64,000 nt of DNA from an uncultured Syntrophaceae bacterium (GCA_964541605.1 CAZIQY010000001.1:41533-105532); one strand, 5' to 3'. Numbered from the stretch's first letter, positions 18,698-28,688 are shown. The notes: a model not told the origin generated them from the sequence alone. Program-made: numbers and translations.

Positions 18698-19224
18698 TGC
18701 TGTCCCGAGGAACCATGCTTAACAAGAGAACATATGCCATATTAAGACGCCGCCACCTGAATTCCGAAAAGGGTTTCGCCCTCGTGGCCGCGGTGCTGGC
18801 CTGCCTGATCCTCCTGGCGCTCGCCATGCTGGTGATCCATCTCTCCACGCAGGACCTCCGCATCAGCGCCAAAACCGTCGGCGAGAAAAAAGCCCTTTCC
18901 GCCGCAGAGACGGGCATCCATCAACTGATGCGCACTTTCGATCCTCAGGCCACGGGAGGGCTTGGATCGTTCGCGGCAACTGACGTCGTCGTGGACACTG
19001 TAAACGCTCCGGGAGACGTCTATTCCATCGGCACCCCAACAATACCCACCCAAGGCCCTGCCTTCCTGCCCATTGCGGGATACTCCATCGGCGGCGGGCA
19101 GTCCTGGGGACAGAGGCGCTATGATGTGGACATCACCGGGCGGAACACCAGCTACGCCACACGGATTGTCATCGGCGTCGGCGTCGGTTTCGGTCCTATT
19201 GAAATTTCCACCATGTCAAGATAG
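18694..19224 (+). CDS. pilX: type IV pilus minor pilin PilX-like
   Basis: 176 aa. EKG/FALVAAVLACLILLALAMLVIH followed by SAKTVGEKKALSAAETGI (PilX N-terminal domain pattern). The start may be the internal Met at 18715. Confidence 0.7.
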   Translation: MMLSRGTMLNKRTYAILRRRHLNSEKGFALVAAVLACLILLALAMLVIHLSTQDLRISAKTVGEKKALSAAETGIHQLMRTFDPQATGGLGSFAATDVVVDTVNAPGDVYSIGTPTIPTQGPAFLPIAGYSIGGGQSWGQRRYDVDITGRNTSYATRIVIGVGVGFGPIEISTMSR

Positions 19225-19233
19225 GGAGGTCCT

Positions 19234-22200
19234 ATGAAGACAAAATGCATTTATCTCTTCATGATAGGCATCATCATGTTTCTGTTTTCCGGCATCGTTC
19301 AGGCGGACACACCCGCTCCCGGCGAGGAGGCTCTCTTCACAACATCCACCGCCCCCGACGCCCTGATCCTTCTGGATCTGTCGGGGAGCATGGACTGGAA
19401 CCCTGCCGGCGATGATAAACCCTACGGCCACAGTCTGTCCTGCACGGCGGATACGACATACTGTACGGGCTCCGGCTGCACCGGCGGATTCTGCGGCAGT
19501 TCCAAGACGGGTTGCAGCATCAACTGCAGTCGTCTCGCCATCGCCAAACGAGCTATCTTCAGCATCCTTGACGACAACAATGACGGTACGATCAACGCCT
19601 CCGACGAAGGCAGCCTGGGGGTGAGAATCGGTTACATGAGATACTACAATTGCAGCAGCGACGATACGGGCGGCAGTTACACCAGCGGCTGTATTCAAAT
19701 ACCGGGCTCAAGTTCAAGCAGGCGGTACATCGGTTCCAAATACAGTCAGATTTACTGCGCCAACAGCACAAGCTGCACCATGACCAGCGGATCGAGCTCT
19801 TCCTACTGTGTGAACGGCGAAAGCGCCAGCGGCGGCACCCCCCTGGCGTCGGCACAGAATGAAGCGAAGATCTATCTGGACGCCCACAAGGCAGCGGACA
19901 GCGCCAAAGCCTGCCGTCAGAAATTCGTCATCTTTGTCACTGACGGTTCGGATACTTACGCATGCAGCGGCAGCGGAGCTGAATGCCAGTCGCACCAGTA
20001 TAAGCGAAGGAGAGCATCCGTAGAAAAAGCCATGGCGCTTGCCGATGCCGGCTACAGGGTCTTTGTAATTGGTTTCGGCTCCACCATGCCTCCCTATCTC
20101 CAGAACACGCTCAACTGGATGGCCTATTACGGCGGGACGGACAATCCTGGCGCCACGAACTCCGCCATCACCACCGCTTATGACCCTTCCACAGTGACGA
20201 GTTGCGGTGCGGACAGCGCCGCCGTGGCGGATGCCTGTTATGATTCTTCCTACCCATACCCGGGTCCCGGCACTTCAACTGCCAGCTTTCGGGCCAGTTC
20301 CAATGACCCCGGCTACATGACTCTTTCCGGATACGCCTTTCTTGCGGAAAATGCCGATCAATTGGCCGCCGCCATGAAAACAGCCATTACCATCATTCGG
20401 GAGGCCACCTATTCCTTTTCCCAGGCCTCCGTCCAGTCCTCCCGAACCCAGGATGAAAATTTCCTCTATGAAGGCTCCTTCCAGCCCGTCCCCAACGATA
20501 CCTTCTGGCTCGGTCATCTGAAGAAGTTCAGGATCAAGACAACTGCCGGGGAGGCCTGCGGCGTCGGCGGCATTTGCGGCGTCGGTGCAGACGCACATGA
20601 ATGCGTCATCGGCGACGTTTGCGGCATCTCCGACACCTGGGGTGCGGATGGGGACGCGGGAACGGTTCTTCAAGCGACGCCCCATTCATCACGGACAATG
20701 TATACCTGTATCGGCACTTGCAGTGCTTCGGGAACACTCTCTGTCTTTTCAGACAGCATCGACAAGAGTTACTTTGCCGTAAGTACGGATGCGGAGCGAG
20801 ACGCCGTTGTGGGATATTTCCAGGGAAATCCGGCATACAATCCGGACAACTGGAAACTGGGGGATGTCTTCCGGTCCACACCGATTACCGTGGGAACGCC
20901 CTCGGCATTTTTCGACGACGTCCGGGACGCCAACAACGCCTTTGCCACTCACCGGACCACTTACACCCGGTCATCATTGAACGGTAAACGTCTCATTGTG
21001 GCCGGGGCCAACGACGGTCAGTTTCACGCCTTCAAGACGAGCAACGGATCGGAAGCCTGGAGCTTCTTCCCTCCCAATCTGCTGCCAAAGTTGAAAAATA
21101 TCTATCACACCGGCCATCCTACCTCCCTGACGCATCAGTACTTCGTAGACGGTCCGGTGACGGTCGCCGATGTCTGGCTGGGCAGCGGCAGCGGCACCGG
21201 CAAATCCGCATCTGAATGGAAGACCATCCTCGTTTTCGGGGAGGGTCGGGGCAGCACGGACCGTCTATGGAGCACCTCCGCCTCCTGTGATACCGGACTG
21301 GTAGGCCTTTACGATGCAAGCCACACCAATTACTGCGGCTACTATGCCCTGGATATCACGGAATCCCTGAGCCCGAAATACCTGTGGAAAACATCAGGGG
21401 TGTCCATCAATACCTTTAACGCCACCACCCAGGCGCCTTACATGGGAGAGTCCTGGAGCAGAATGATGACAGGCAAGGTAAGATATAGCAGCGGCGGCAC
21501 AGTGACTGAAGAAAAATGGGTCGGGTTCATCGGCGGCGGCTACAATGGCGGAAACTGCACAACGCTGCCGTGCGACACCCGGGGGAAGGGTTTCTTCGTC
21601 ATCAACCTTGAGAACGGGTCCGTCCTCTGGAGCTATACACTGGCCGATAACACATCCATGGTTTACAGCATGCCGGGGCAACCGGCCATCGTGGATACGG
21701 ATAACGACGGTTTCATCGATACAGCCTATCTCGGAGACATAGGCGGCAACGTGTGGCGCCTTACCTTCTGCAGGGATCAGGATACCACATGCAGCAAAGA
21801 CAACTGGGGCGGCAGCAAGTTTTTTAATCCCCCTTCCACCCGGCCGATTTATACCGGCCCCTCCACAACAAAAGACACGTCCGGAAATCTGTGGGTTTAC
21901 TGGGGCACCGGAGACAAAACCGACCCCACGGGCACCGGCACACAGGATTATTTCTATGCGGTCAAAGATCTTGACCGTGTCAACCGCACCAGCACTTACA
22001 GTTCCGTCGACACTCTTACCGGAAGCCAGGCCTATGATCCCCAATCAATAAATCCAGGGTTCCGCATACAGCTTGGCACCTCTGAAAAGGTCCTGTCGGA
22101 TTCGACGGTTTTTGGCGGGGTCGCCTATTTTACGACATTCACTCCTTCCAGCAGCACCGATCCCTGTGATCAGGGCGGGACTGCAATTCTTTACGGCATC

Positions 22201-22440
22201 AAGTACACAACGGGTGGCGGCGCCCTTCCCGGCAATGCAAAGAGCAAGAGCATCGGCGCCGGTATTGCGTCGGCGCCGGTATTGTCTTTAAAACCGGGAA
22301 GCGGGGGAACGGCGGATCTCTATGTCACGGTGAGCGGCGGCGGCGGAGTGGGAGCCAGCACTTCCCGCATCAACATGAATCCGCCGGGAGTCTCGAATCG
22401 GACCAATATGCTCTACTGGCTGGACAGACGGCTTCAATAG
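19234..22440 (+). CDS. pilY1: PilY1-like pilus tip adhesin with N-terminal vWA domain and C-terminal beta-propeller
   Basis: 1068 aa. Signal peptide, vWA MIDAS motif DLSGSMD (19375-19395), and a PilY1-type Ca-binding loop DTDNDGFID (21694-21720) followed by YLGDIGGNVWR. Confidence 0.88.
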   Translation: MKTKCIYLFMIGIIMFLFSGIVQADTPAPGEEALFTTSTAPDALILLDLSGSMDWNPAGDDKPYGHSLSCTADTTYCTGSGCTGGFCGSSKTGCSINCSRLAIAKRAIFSILDDNNDGTINASDEGSLGVRIGYMRYYNCSSDDTGGSYTSGCIQIPGSSSSRRYIGSKYSQIYCANSTSCTMTSGSSSSYCVNGESASGGTPLASAQNEAKIYLDAHKAADSAKACRQKFVIFVTDGSDTYACSGSGAECQSHQYKRRRASVEKAMALADAGYRVFVIGFGSTMPPYLQNTLNWMAYYGGTDNPGATNSAITTAYDPSTVTSCGADSAAVADACYDSSYPYPGPGTSTASFRASSNDPGYMTLSGYAFLAENADQLAAAMKTAITIIREATYSFSQASVQSSRTQDENFLYEGSFQPVPNDTFWLGHLKKFRIKTTAGEACGVGGICGVGADAHECVIGDVCGISDTWGADGDAGTVLQATPHSSRTMYTCIGTCSASGTLSVFSDSIDKSYFAVSTDAERDAVVGYFQGNPAYNPDNWKLGDVFRSTPITVGTPSAFFDDVRDANNAFATHRTTYTRSSLNGKRLIVAGANDGQFHAFKTSNGSEAWSFFPPNLLPKLKNIYHTGHPTSLTHQYFVDGPVTVADVWLGSGSGTGKSASEWKTILVFGEGRGSTDRLWSTSASCDTGLVGLYDASHTNYCGYYALDITESLSPKYLWKTSGVSINTFNATTQAPYMGESWSRMMTGKVRYSSGGTVTEEKWVGFIGGGYNGGNCTTLPCDTRGKGFFVINLENGSVLWSYTLADNTSMVYSMPGQPAIVDTDNDGFIDTAYLGDIGGNVWRLTFCRDQDTTCSKDNWGGSKFFNPPSTRPIYTGPSTTKDTSGNLWVYWGTGDKTDPTGTGTQDYFYAVKDLDRVNRTSTYSSVDTLTGSQAYDPQSINPGFRIQLGTSEKVLSDSTVFGGVAYFTTFTPSSSTDPCDQGGTAILYGIKYTTGGGALPGNAKSKSIGAGIASAPVLSLKPGSGGTADLYVTVSGGGGVGASTSRINMNPPGVSNRTNMLYWLDRRLQ

Positions 22441-22471
22441 GAGAATTCAGGAGTCAGAATACAGAAGACAA

Positions 22472-22503
22472 GATTCAGAACAGCTCATGAGCTGTTCTGA
22501 ATC
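22472..22503. terminator. perfect 32-nt palindrome, candidate bidirectional terminator between convergent pilus operons
   Basis: GATTCAGAACAGCTCATGAGCTGTTCTGAATC is its own reverse complement (verified base by base). It lies 32 nt after the pilY1 stop and 30 nt after the stop of the convergent TPR lipoprotein gene. There is no strong U-tract on the plus strand. Confidence 0.5.
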
Positions 22504-22532
22504 TCATGCCTTGTCGCACCGCGCAGGTTCAT

Positions 22533-23312
22533 TTATGGGGGATTTACGGCACCGATTGAATTGAGGCTTTTTCTGGCCTCACCGGCAATTCCCGATTCCG
22601 GAGCGGCCTTGATGATGGATTGGAATTCCCGCCTTGCCCGATCCCGGTAATGCAGTTTAACATAGCAATGCGCCAGCCAGTAGCGGGACTCCAAAAATGC
22701 GGGGGCCTGCTCAAGGGCTATGAGAAAATACCGGGAGGCCTGATAATAATCACCTTGGGCATAACTGGCCATGCCCATGTGATGATCGAGAAGAGGTAAG
22801 GGAACCGTATTGGGCTTCTTGTTCTTCGCCTCGGCATACAACTTCAGGGCTGTCCGGTAATCCTCCTTGCCGTAATAGGCCCTCCCCATATTAAAGACGG
22901 CCTTGTCGGGGGTCTCGTATACGATATTGGCAAGGGCCTCTTTGAAAGCATGGATGGCCTTGTCCCACTGCCCCATTCCGAGATAAATATTCCCCAGAAA
23001 GTTGTGGGCCTCCGAATAATCCTCCTTCAAGGACACGGCCCTGTCCAATGCATGAACCGCCTTGTCCGTCAAGCCCTTTTCGTAATAGGCAATTCCCATA
23101 TAATAATGCACCCGGGGCTCTCTCGGTGTCAACTCCTCCGCCAGCATGAACTCCTTCAGGGCGTCATTGAAACGCTCCGAACCCAGATAGGCGATCCCGA
23201 TATTGATGTGGCTGTCCGCCTGTTCCTTTTTCCAGGGACTGGCGGCACATGCCGCAAGGGCAGCGAGCAGCGACAAACTGATGGCGATTTTTTTAATGCA
23301 GGATATTCTCAT
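22533..23312 (-). CDS. TPR lipoprotein, PilF/PilW/Tgl-type secretin pilotin candidate
   Basis: The start is taken at MRISCIKKIAISLSLLAALAAC (lipobox LAAC). The body is built of TPR repeats and the gene lies immediately downstream of pilQ. Confidence 0.7.
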   Translation of the reverse strand: MRISCIKKIAISLSLLAALAACAASPWKKEQADSHINIGIAYLGSERFNDALKEFMLAEELTPREPRVHYYMGIAYYEKGLTDKAVHALDRAVSLKEDYSEAHNFLGNIYLGMGQWDKAIHAFKEALANIVYETPDKAVFNMGRAYYGKEDYRTALKLYAEAKNKKPNTVPLPLLDHHMGMASYAQGDYYQASRYFLIALEQAPAFLESRYWLAHCYVKLHYRDRARREFQSIIKAAPESGIAGEARKSLNSIGAVNPP

Positions 23313-23412
23313 GATGCACATCCGGATGGCCGGAACAGCGCCTGGAACCATCTGCCTGACCCCGGGAAATAACTCCTGTGCCCGAATGGTTCACTCGCTG
23401 TGGATGAAATGA

Positions 23413-25134
23413 TTATCCCTTGGGCAGTTCGGGTGTATCCCCCACGACATCCGGTTTCATGATCTTGGGGGTGACAAAGATCATGAGCTGTCTTCGTTTT
23501 TTCGTAATCGATTCCGCTTTGAACAGCCAGCCCAATACGGGGATTTTCGAAAGCCAGGGAACGCCGCTCGTATCTTTATAATCTTCCGTTTTCTGGATTC
23601 CCCCGATGGCAATGGTGTCTCCATCATGAACGACTATTTTCGACTCCACCTCACTCTTGTTGATGGGCGGGTTTCCTCCGAGCTTCTCGCCCTGGGCATA
23701 GTCCGCGGCGTCATTCGTCGCCTTGATCTCCATGGAGATTTTGCCTTCCGGGGTGATCTTCGGCTTCACATCCAGCTTCAGAACGGCTTCCTTGAAGGTG
23801 ATGCTCCTGTTTCCGTCCTTGTCGATCGTGATATACGGAATCTCCTGGCCCTGCTTGATTGTCGCCTTGACGTTGTCCATCGTCGTAATCTTCGGCGACG
23901 AGATGACCTTTCCCTGATTGGTTGTTTCCAGGGCCTGAAGCTGCGCTTCCAGGACAGCGGAGGCCCCTCCGATGACCAGACCGAGGGTCGGCGCGGCAAG
24001 GGTTGAGGGATAATTCACGGCCATGGACTGGATGGTCGTTCCGGATGTCGTCCGGTAGCGGACTTCATCGGGATACCCCCAGGTTATCGCCCGGGTGGAG
24101 ACCGTATTCGATCCGCCGATCAGAGCCCAGCCGGTGCTGGCGCCACCTCCACCGCCGAAGGTTCCGTATGAGGCGCCCCCCCATCGGACTCCGAGATTCC
24201 GGACAAAGTCGTCGCTCGCCTCCACGATCTTGGCCTCGATGGAAATCTGCTGGAGTTTTCCTCTCTCCTCCAGACGTTCCTGCTCCGCCTTCTTGGCGGT
24301 CAGCTCGGCCTTGACGCGGTCTTCTTCACCCTGTTTCCGGTCCGCCTCGTCCTTTTTCATCTTGTCGAGCGACATGACGCTGATGACATCGCCCATCCGC
24401 TTCTTGGCAAGACCGCTGATGTCCAGAATCGTATCCAGCGCCTGATCCCAGGGGACTTTTCTCATGTGGACGGTCACATTTCCCTTCACGTCATCGCCGG
24501 AGACAATGGTCACGCCCCCCTCTTCGGCCAGCAACCGGAGAACCGCCTTGATGTTTGCATCCTGGAAATCGAGGGATATTTTTCGACCGGCATACTGCTT
24601 TGCCGTTCCTTCATCCGCCGGCTTCCCGACGGGTTTTTGAGGCGTCTCGGGCACGGGCGGCGCCTCTTTCAGGGCGACGCTTTTGCTTTCCAGGGTAGAC
24701 ACATTAAAATCGATAACGACATTCTGCCCCTGCTGGCTGATACTGTACGGAACCTGCTCTTTCAGTTCGACGGCGATCATCGCCCATTTTGCGCCGTTGC
24801 CAGTCTTCTGGGCGGGCACAGCACGGATAATGTTCCCAAGCTTTCCTTCACCCAGAGGTCGTCGGAGTTCTTCCGGAACGAACATGTTTTCCACTTTCAC
24901 CATAATCCCGTTACCCGTCATGCTGTCAATATTGACGACGGACGGCCTGGAAACGACCACGGTAATCCGCTCCTTGTTTTTCAGCTTTTCAAAGGTGATA
25001 TTTTCCAGGTACCCGATGGATGCTCCTGAATCTGTTACGCCTGGCGGCGCGCTCTTTGCGTACGGGACGTTTCCGAAAAAAATCACAAAACAAGCTAACA
25101 TTGCAATCCATGTCCACCGCACGTTTTTTCTCAT
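23413..25134 (-). CDS. pilQ: type IV pilus secretin PilQ
   Basis: 573 aa. Signal peptide, AMIN-like N-domain, secretin N-domains (ISLDFQDANIKAVLRLLAE) and a C-terminal secretin domain ending GVPWLSKIPVLGWLF......R.L.IFVTPKI. Confidence 0.95.
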   Translation of the reverse strand: MRKNVRWTWIAMLACFVIFFGNVPYAKSAPPGVTDSGASIGYLENITFEKLKNKERITVVVSRPSVVNIDSMTGNGIMVKVENMFVPEELRRPLGEGKLGNIIRAVPAQKTGNGAKWAMIAVELKEQVPYSISQQGQNVVIDFNVSTLESKSVALKEAPPVPETPQKPVGKPADEGTAKQYAGRKISLDFQDANIKAVLRLLAEEGGVTIVSGDDVKGNVTVHMRKVPWDQALDTILDISGLAKKRMGDVISVMSLDKMKKDEADRKQGEEDRVKAELTAKKAEQERLEERGKLQQISIEAKIVEASDDFVRNLGVRWGGASYGTFGGGGGASTGWALIGGSNTVSTRAITWGYPDEVRYRTTSGTTIQSMAVNYPSTLAAPTLGLVIGGASAVLEAQLQALETTNQGKVISSPKITTMDNVKATIKQGQEIPYITIDKDGNRSITFKEAVLKLDVKPKITPEGKISMEIKATNDAADYAQGEKLGGNPPINKSEVESKIVVHDGDTIAIGGIQKTEDYKDTSGVPWLSKIPVLGWLFKAESITKKRRQLMIFVTPKIMKPDVVGDTPELPKG

Positions 25135-25652
25135 GGTCTTTCCCCACCTTCCGTTCGCAGCTTCATCATAATTCTATTTGCCTTCGTCTTCCCGGCACGG
25201 GCTTTGAGCTTTTCTTCAACGATAACGCGATCAGCAAGTATCTCTGCCACCCTGCCATTGTTAAGACCGATATATGTTCCTATAAAGAGAGGATATATTT
25301 TCCCCCGCGCATCCTGAACAATCGCCTTTCTGACCTTTTCATCCCCGGAAATCCCCACAAGCCTGAATTGATCAATGCCTGCCCTCTGCAGAGGCGAGAG
25401 GGCGAGGGGCTTCGCTTTCGCCAGTTTTTGCTTGGCGGCCAGTTCCTGCTCGATGAACGGCTTGAACGGATCCGGCTTCCCCGCGGGATTATACTTGTAT
25501 GGGGGAGAGGGTTGAGGGTCCGTAAGCTTGGCGCCCACTGGTTTCGGATCGGCACCGATCGCCCCGGAGGTCAAACTCCAGGCAATCGCAAAAACAATCA
25601 GTACGGCGGCATAAATAACAGTGCTATTTCTTTTCATCTGTTTTCTTCTCAC
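25131..25652 (-). CDS. pilP: pilus assembly protein PilP
   Basis: 173 aa. N-terminal hydrophobic anchor, a Y.P.GKPDPF.PF motif, and a beta-sandwich region L.L.GI......A.V.D..G..Y....G..IG...G.V..I. Confidence 0.85.
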   Translation of the reverse strand: MRRKQMKRNSTVIYAAVLIVFAIAWSLTSGAIGADPKPVGAKLTDPQPSPPYKYNPAGKPDPFKPFIEQELAAKQKLAKAKPLALSPLQRAGIDQFRLVGISGDEKVRKAIVQDARGKIYPLFIGTYIGLNNGRVAEILADRVIVEEKLKARAGKTKANRIMMKLRTEGGERP

Positions 25653-26352
25653 CCAGTTTTTCCAGGAACATGTACGTTTTTATAATACAGGACGTGCTGA
25701 TGTAACGGCCCCGTCCCTTCACGTCTTTCCCTTCCGACATGGCTATCTCTTCAATATTTATGATGCGAGGCAATCTGGCAACTTTCTCGAAAAAGAGGGC
25801 CGTACTTTGGAAACTGCCGGTAACCGTCACCTTTACGGGAATTTCCTCGTAAAACTTCTCATCGGCCGCAGCTTTAACGGCAGTTCCTTTACTATCTGGT
25901 TTCTTCTCTCCCGGTTTTGCATCCGGAGGTTTTTTATCCGCGGGTTTTTTGTCTTTTTCCGGCGGCGGCTTCTTTTCAACCGGTTTGGGTTCAAAAAGGA
26001 TAAAATCGATTCCGGAGTCCCTTCCCGCTTGGGCAACCGCATATAAAAGACCGGGAATCTCCCGCTCATCGGGAAGTTTTGTCAGCGCCGTTCTCAACGA
26101 TTCCTCCCGTTCTCTCAGTTCACGGATATACTTGTTTTTCTGGGCCGCAAGGCGCTCCTTTTCCGTCACCTGTTCCTGAAGTCCTGTCAGCTTGGTCTGA
26201 AGGGAACCTTTTTGCTCGAAGGATGACTGAAGAACCAGAAAGTAGTATGCCACCGCCAATACAAGATAGAACCCGCCGACAATCAAAAGCTTACGCTTGA
26301 GGGGCATCTTTTTAATGACATCCATATTGATATTGAGATTAAACGGCGCCAT
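25624..26352 (-). CDS. pilO: pilus assembly protein PilO (with Lys/Pro-rich insertion)
   Basis: 242 aa. TM helix, coiled coil, and the P.E.EIP.LL......A...G core. Located between pilN and pilP. Confidence 0.85.
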   Translation of the reverse strand: MAPFNLNINMDVIKKMPLKRKLLIVGGFYLVLAVAYYFLVLQSSFEQKGSLQTKLTGLQEQVTEKERLAAQKNKYIRELREREESLRTALTKLPDEREIPGLLYAVAQAGRDSGIDFILFEPKPVEKKPPPEKDKKPADKKPPDAKPGEKKPDSKGTAVKAAADEKFYEEIPVKVTVTGSFQSTALFFEKVARLPRIINIEEIAMSEGKDVKGRGRYISTSCIIKTYMFLEKLGEKKTDEKK

Positions 26353-26355
26353 ATG

Positions 26356-26904
26356 TCATAATCCCTTCTTCAACACGCAAGATACGACAAATTGCTGCAA
26401 TTTGATGCCCGATATTTCCTTCTCCTTGGTGGACGTCAGGTCAACCGATTTGATAAAGCTGGAACCCACCAGGTTTTTCATAAAGAGAGCCACGGCGATG
26501 TTATTTCTGGCAACGCCCTCAATGGTAAGACCCGATCCTTTTTCTGTCAGCTTCTCAAGCCAGATATCCTTTACGGGAACCAGCCCGCTCAATTCATCCA
26601 GCATGCGAACGGGGGCCAGACGGTTTTGCTCCAGCGAATCGATGACGGCCAGTTTCCTGTCCAAAATTGCCTTGTCTCTCTTATATCTTTCAATATCACC
26701 GATAATCTTTGTCAGTTCGGCAAGCCGATCTTCCTGCTGTTTCACATCCTTTTCAAGTCCGCCGATTGTCAGACTCACATAGAGCTGAACGCCGCCGACG
26801 ATGAGGATTAAAGCGATGAAGGAAATGACAATCAGGGCGATCTGACGTGTCAAATCCTCCGCTTTTGCCTTTTCCCGATAGGGAAGAAGATTGATCTTGA
26901 TCAT
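26356..26904 (-). CDS. pilN: pilus assembly protein PilN
   Basis: 182 aa. N-terminal INLLPYRE motif, TM helix and coiled coil. Confidence 0.9.
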   Translation of the reverse strand: MIKINLLPYREKAKAEDLTRQIALIVISFIALILIVGGVQLYVSLTIGGLEKDVKQQEDRLAELTKIIGDIERYKRDKAILDRKLAVIDSLEQNRLAPVRMLDELSGLVPVKDIWLEKLTEKGSGLTIEGVARNNIAVALFMKNLVGSSFIKSVDLTSTKEKEISGIKLQQFVVSCVLKKGL

Positions 26905-28028
26905 CTGTCACCCACTTTTCTCAAGGCCAGGCCTATCCCCACTGCGGCAATGGGACCGATTCTCTCAATGGTTTCGGGATCCAAGGCTTTTTGATTATAG
27001 TCGATTTTTCTGAAAGGATTCGCGATCTCCGCTTCAATGCCGAGCCTCTGGGACAGATCACCGACAATACCGGGAATCAGTGCACTGCCACCTGAAAGAA
27101 GAACATGCTTGATATATTCTCCTCCATAGGTTGATCGGAAATAATCAACAGACCTTTCAATTTCCGTACAAATGGGATCGGCGTAAGCAAGAAGATTGCT
27201 GTTAAACTCCTGCCGTTCCGACTCCTTTCCGCCCATTCCTTCGATTTTCAGTCTCTCTGCTTCGTCAAAATCAATTCCTAATTTTTTCTGAACAGCTTCC
27301 GTGATAGAATTGCCGGCCAGAGTAAAATCCCTCGTAAAAACAGACGTCCCGCCTCGTAACACATTGATGTTGGTGATGCTGGCTCCTATATTGACAAGCA
27401 CAACCATGTCGCTCTCTTCAAATTCATAATTCTCTTCATACATGGTTTCAAGGGCAAAGGAATCCACATCCATGATGATGGCATCAAACCCCGCCTCTTT
27501 AATGGCATCCGTATATGCTGCTACAATGTCATTTTTTGCGGCAACGAGAATTACGTCCATCTGGCTGGGATTAAAGTCGTTTTCGCCCAGGATCTGAAAA
27601 TCGAAGCTCACTTCTTCCGTATTTTCAAAAGGCAGATACTTGCCGACCTCGTCCTTGATCAGATCACGCAACTCGTTTTCTTCCATGGCGGGAAAAGTTA
27701 CCTTCTTCACGATAACGGAATGCCCCGACAAGGATGTGACAATACCTTTTTTCTTACATTTTGCCTGTTTGAAGACTTCTTTGATTTTCTGGGACAATTC
27801 CTGCTGTTCTACGGGCACGCCATCCACTACGACTCCCTTCACGAGAGGAATCCGTGAAAACCGATTCATAACATAACCTTTTTTCGGCGTTTCTATGATT
27901 TCCACAAGTTTCAGTGAGTGGGACCCGATATCAAGCCCGATCAGTTCCTTGCTGGCTGGAAACAGGCTCTTGAAGATGTCCAGGTTGATGGCTGGCATAC
28001 CGGAAAATATTTTTTTAATGTCGACCAT
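26901..28028 (-). CDS. pilM: pilus assembly ATPase-like protein PilM
   Basis: 375 aa. Actin/FtsA-like fold (GLDIGSHSLKLVE, VNIGASITNI, LSGGSALIPG). Confidence 0.93.
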   Translation of the reverse strand: MVDIKKIFSGMPAINLDIFKSLFPASKELIGLDIGSHSLKLVEIIETPKKGYVMNRFSRIPLVKGVVVDGVPVEQQELSQKIKEVFKQAKCKKKGIVTSLSGHSVIVKKVTFPAMEENELRDLIKDEVGKYLPFENTEEVSFDFQILGENDFNPSQMDVILVAAKNDIVAAYTDAIKEAGFDAIIMDVDSFALETMYEENYEFEESDMVVLVNIGASITNINVLRGGTSVFTRDFTLAGNSITEAVQKKLGIDFDEAERLKIEGMGGKESERQEFNSNLLAYADPICTEIERSVDYFRSTYGGEYIKHVLLSGGSALIPGIVGDLSQRLGIEAEIANPFRKIDYNQKALDPETIERIGPIAAVGIGLALRKVGDR

Positions 28029-28116
28029 AGGGTTTCACCGTGACTGATTCAAATTATCATCCTGCCCATATTTGGGATCCCAGGGACACGCATACGATCT
28101 TCTGTTCTCGGAGCAC

Positions 28117-28479
28117 CTATTGTGCGTATCGATAAACCAAATCCCCTTTTCTGACCATCCCCAGTTCGTTTCGCGCCACCTTTTCTATAAAGACCAAATC
28201 GCTTCTCAGCAAAACAATGTTCCTTTTTAAATCCCGGTTTTCGAGGGCTATATCCTGATTTGTTTTCCCAAGCGCCGCCAGCTTCTCCTTCATCACATAA
28301 TTATCAACAAGTCCTCTGTTTCCGAATGTGATGAGCAGTCCCATAAAAATAATGAAAACAATCAGATATTTGCCCAATTTTATTGCTGTTAACAGGTATT
28401 TTATGGTCGCAAAAAAAGAAGAAAAAAATGCACCATTCGCTGGGTTAAATATCCGTATCGGAGATAAAAACTTCTTCAT
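28117..28479 (-). CDS. ftsB: septum formation initiator family protein (FtsB/DivIC)
   Basis: 120 aa. TM segment, leucine-zipper region, and a conserved C-terminal IEKVARNELGMVRKGDLVYRY. The start is uncertain because the ORF overlaps the upstream gene. Confidence 0.75.
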   Translation of the reverse strand: MKKFLSPIRIFNPANGAFFSSFFATIKYLLTAIKLGKYLIVFIIFMGLLITFGNRGLVDNYVMKEKLAALGKTNQDIALENRDLKRNIVLLRSDLVFIEKVARNELGMVRKGDLVYRYAQ

Positions 28480-28645
28480 ATTTCTTCTGCAACGCTTTCG
28501 CGACCTTCAGTTCCGAGTTCTTTCTCGTCGGCAAACCCTTTTCCATCTTTGTGATGGTTTGAGGAGCCAGTCCTGCTCTTCGTGAGAGCTCGGCGATGCT
28601 TAACGGAATGGCTTCACGAAACTGTCTGACTTTATTTTTATTCAT
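28445..28645 (-). CDS. XRE-family helix-turn-helix transcriptional regulator (small)
   Basis: MNKNKVRQFREAIPLSIAELSRRAGLAPQTITKMEKG is a canonical Cro/C1 HTH. The start is placed at MNKNK because a TG-extended -10 box sits inside the longer listed ORF. Confidence 0.75.
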   Translation of the reverse strand: MNKNKVRQFREAIPLSIAELSRRAGLAPQTITKMEKGLPTRKNSELKVAKALQKKYEEVFISDTDI

Positions 28646-28688
28646 TTTCTCAATATTCTCAAAAATAGTTACCCATTTTTGCATATTC

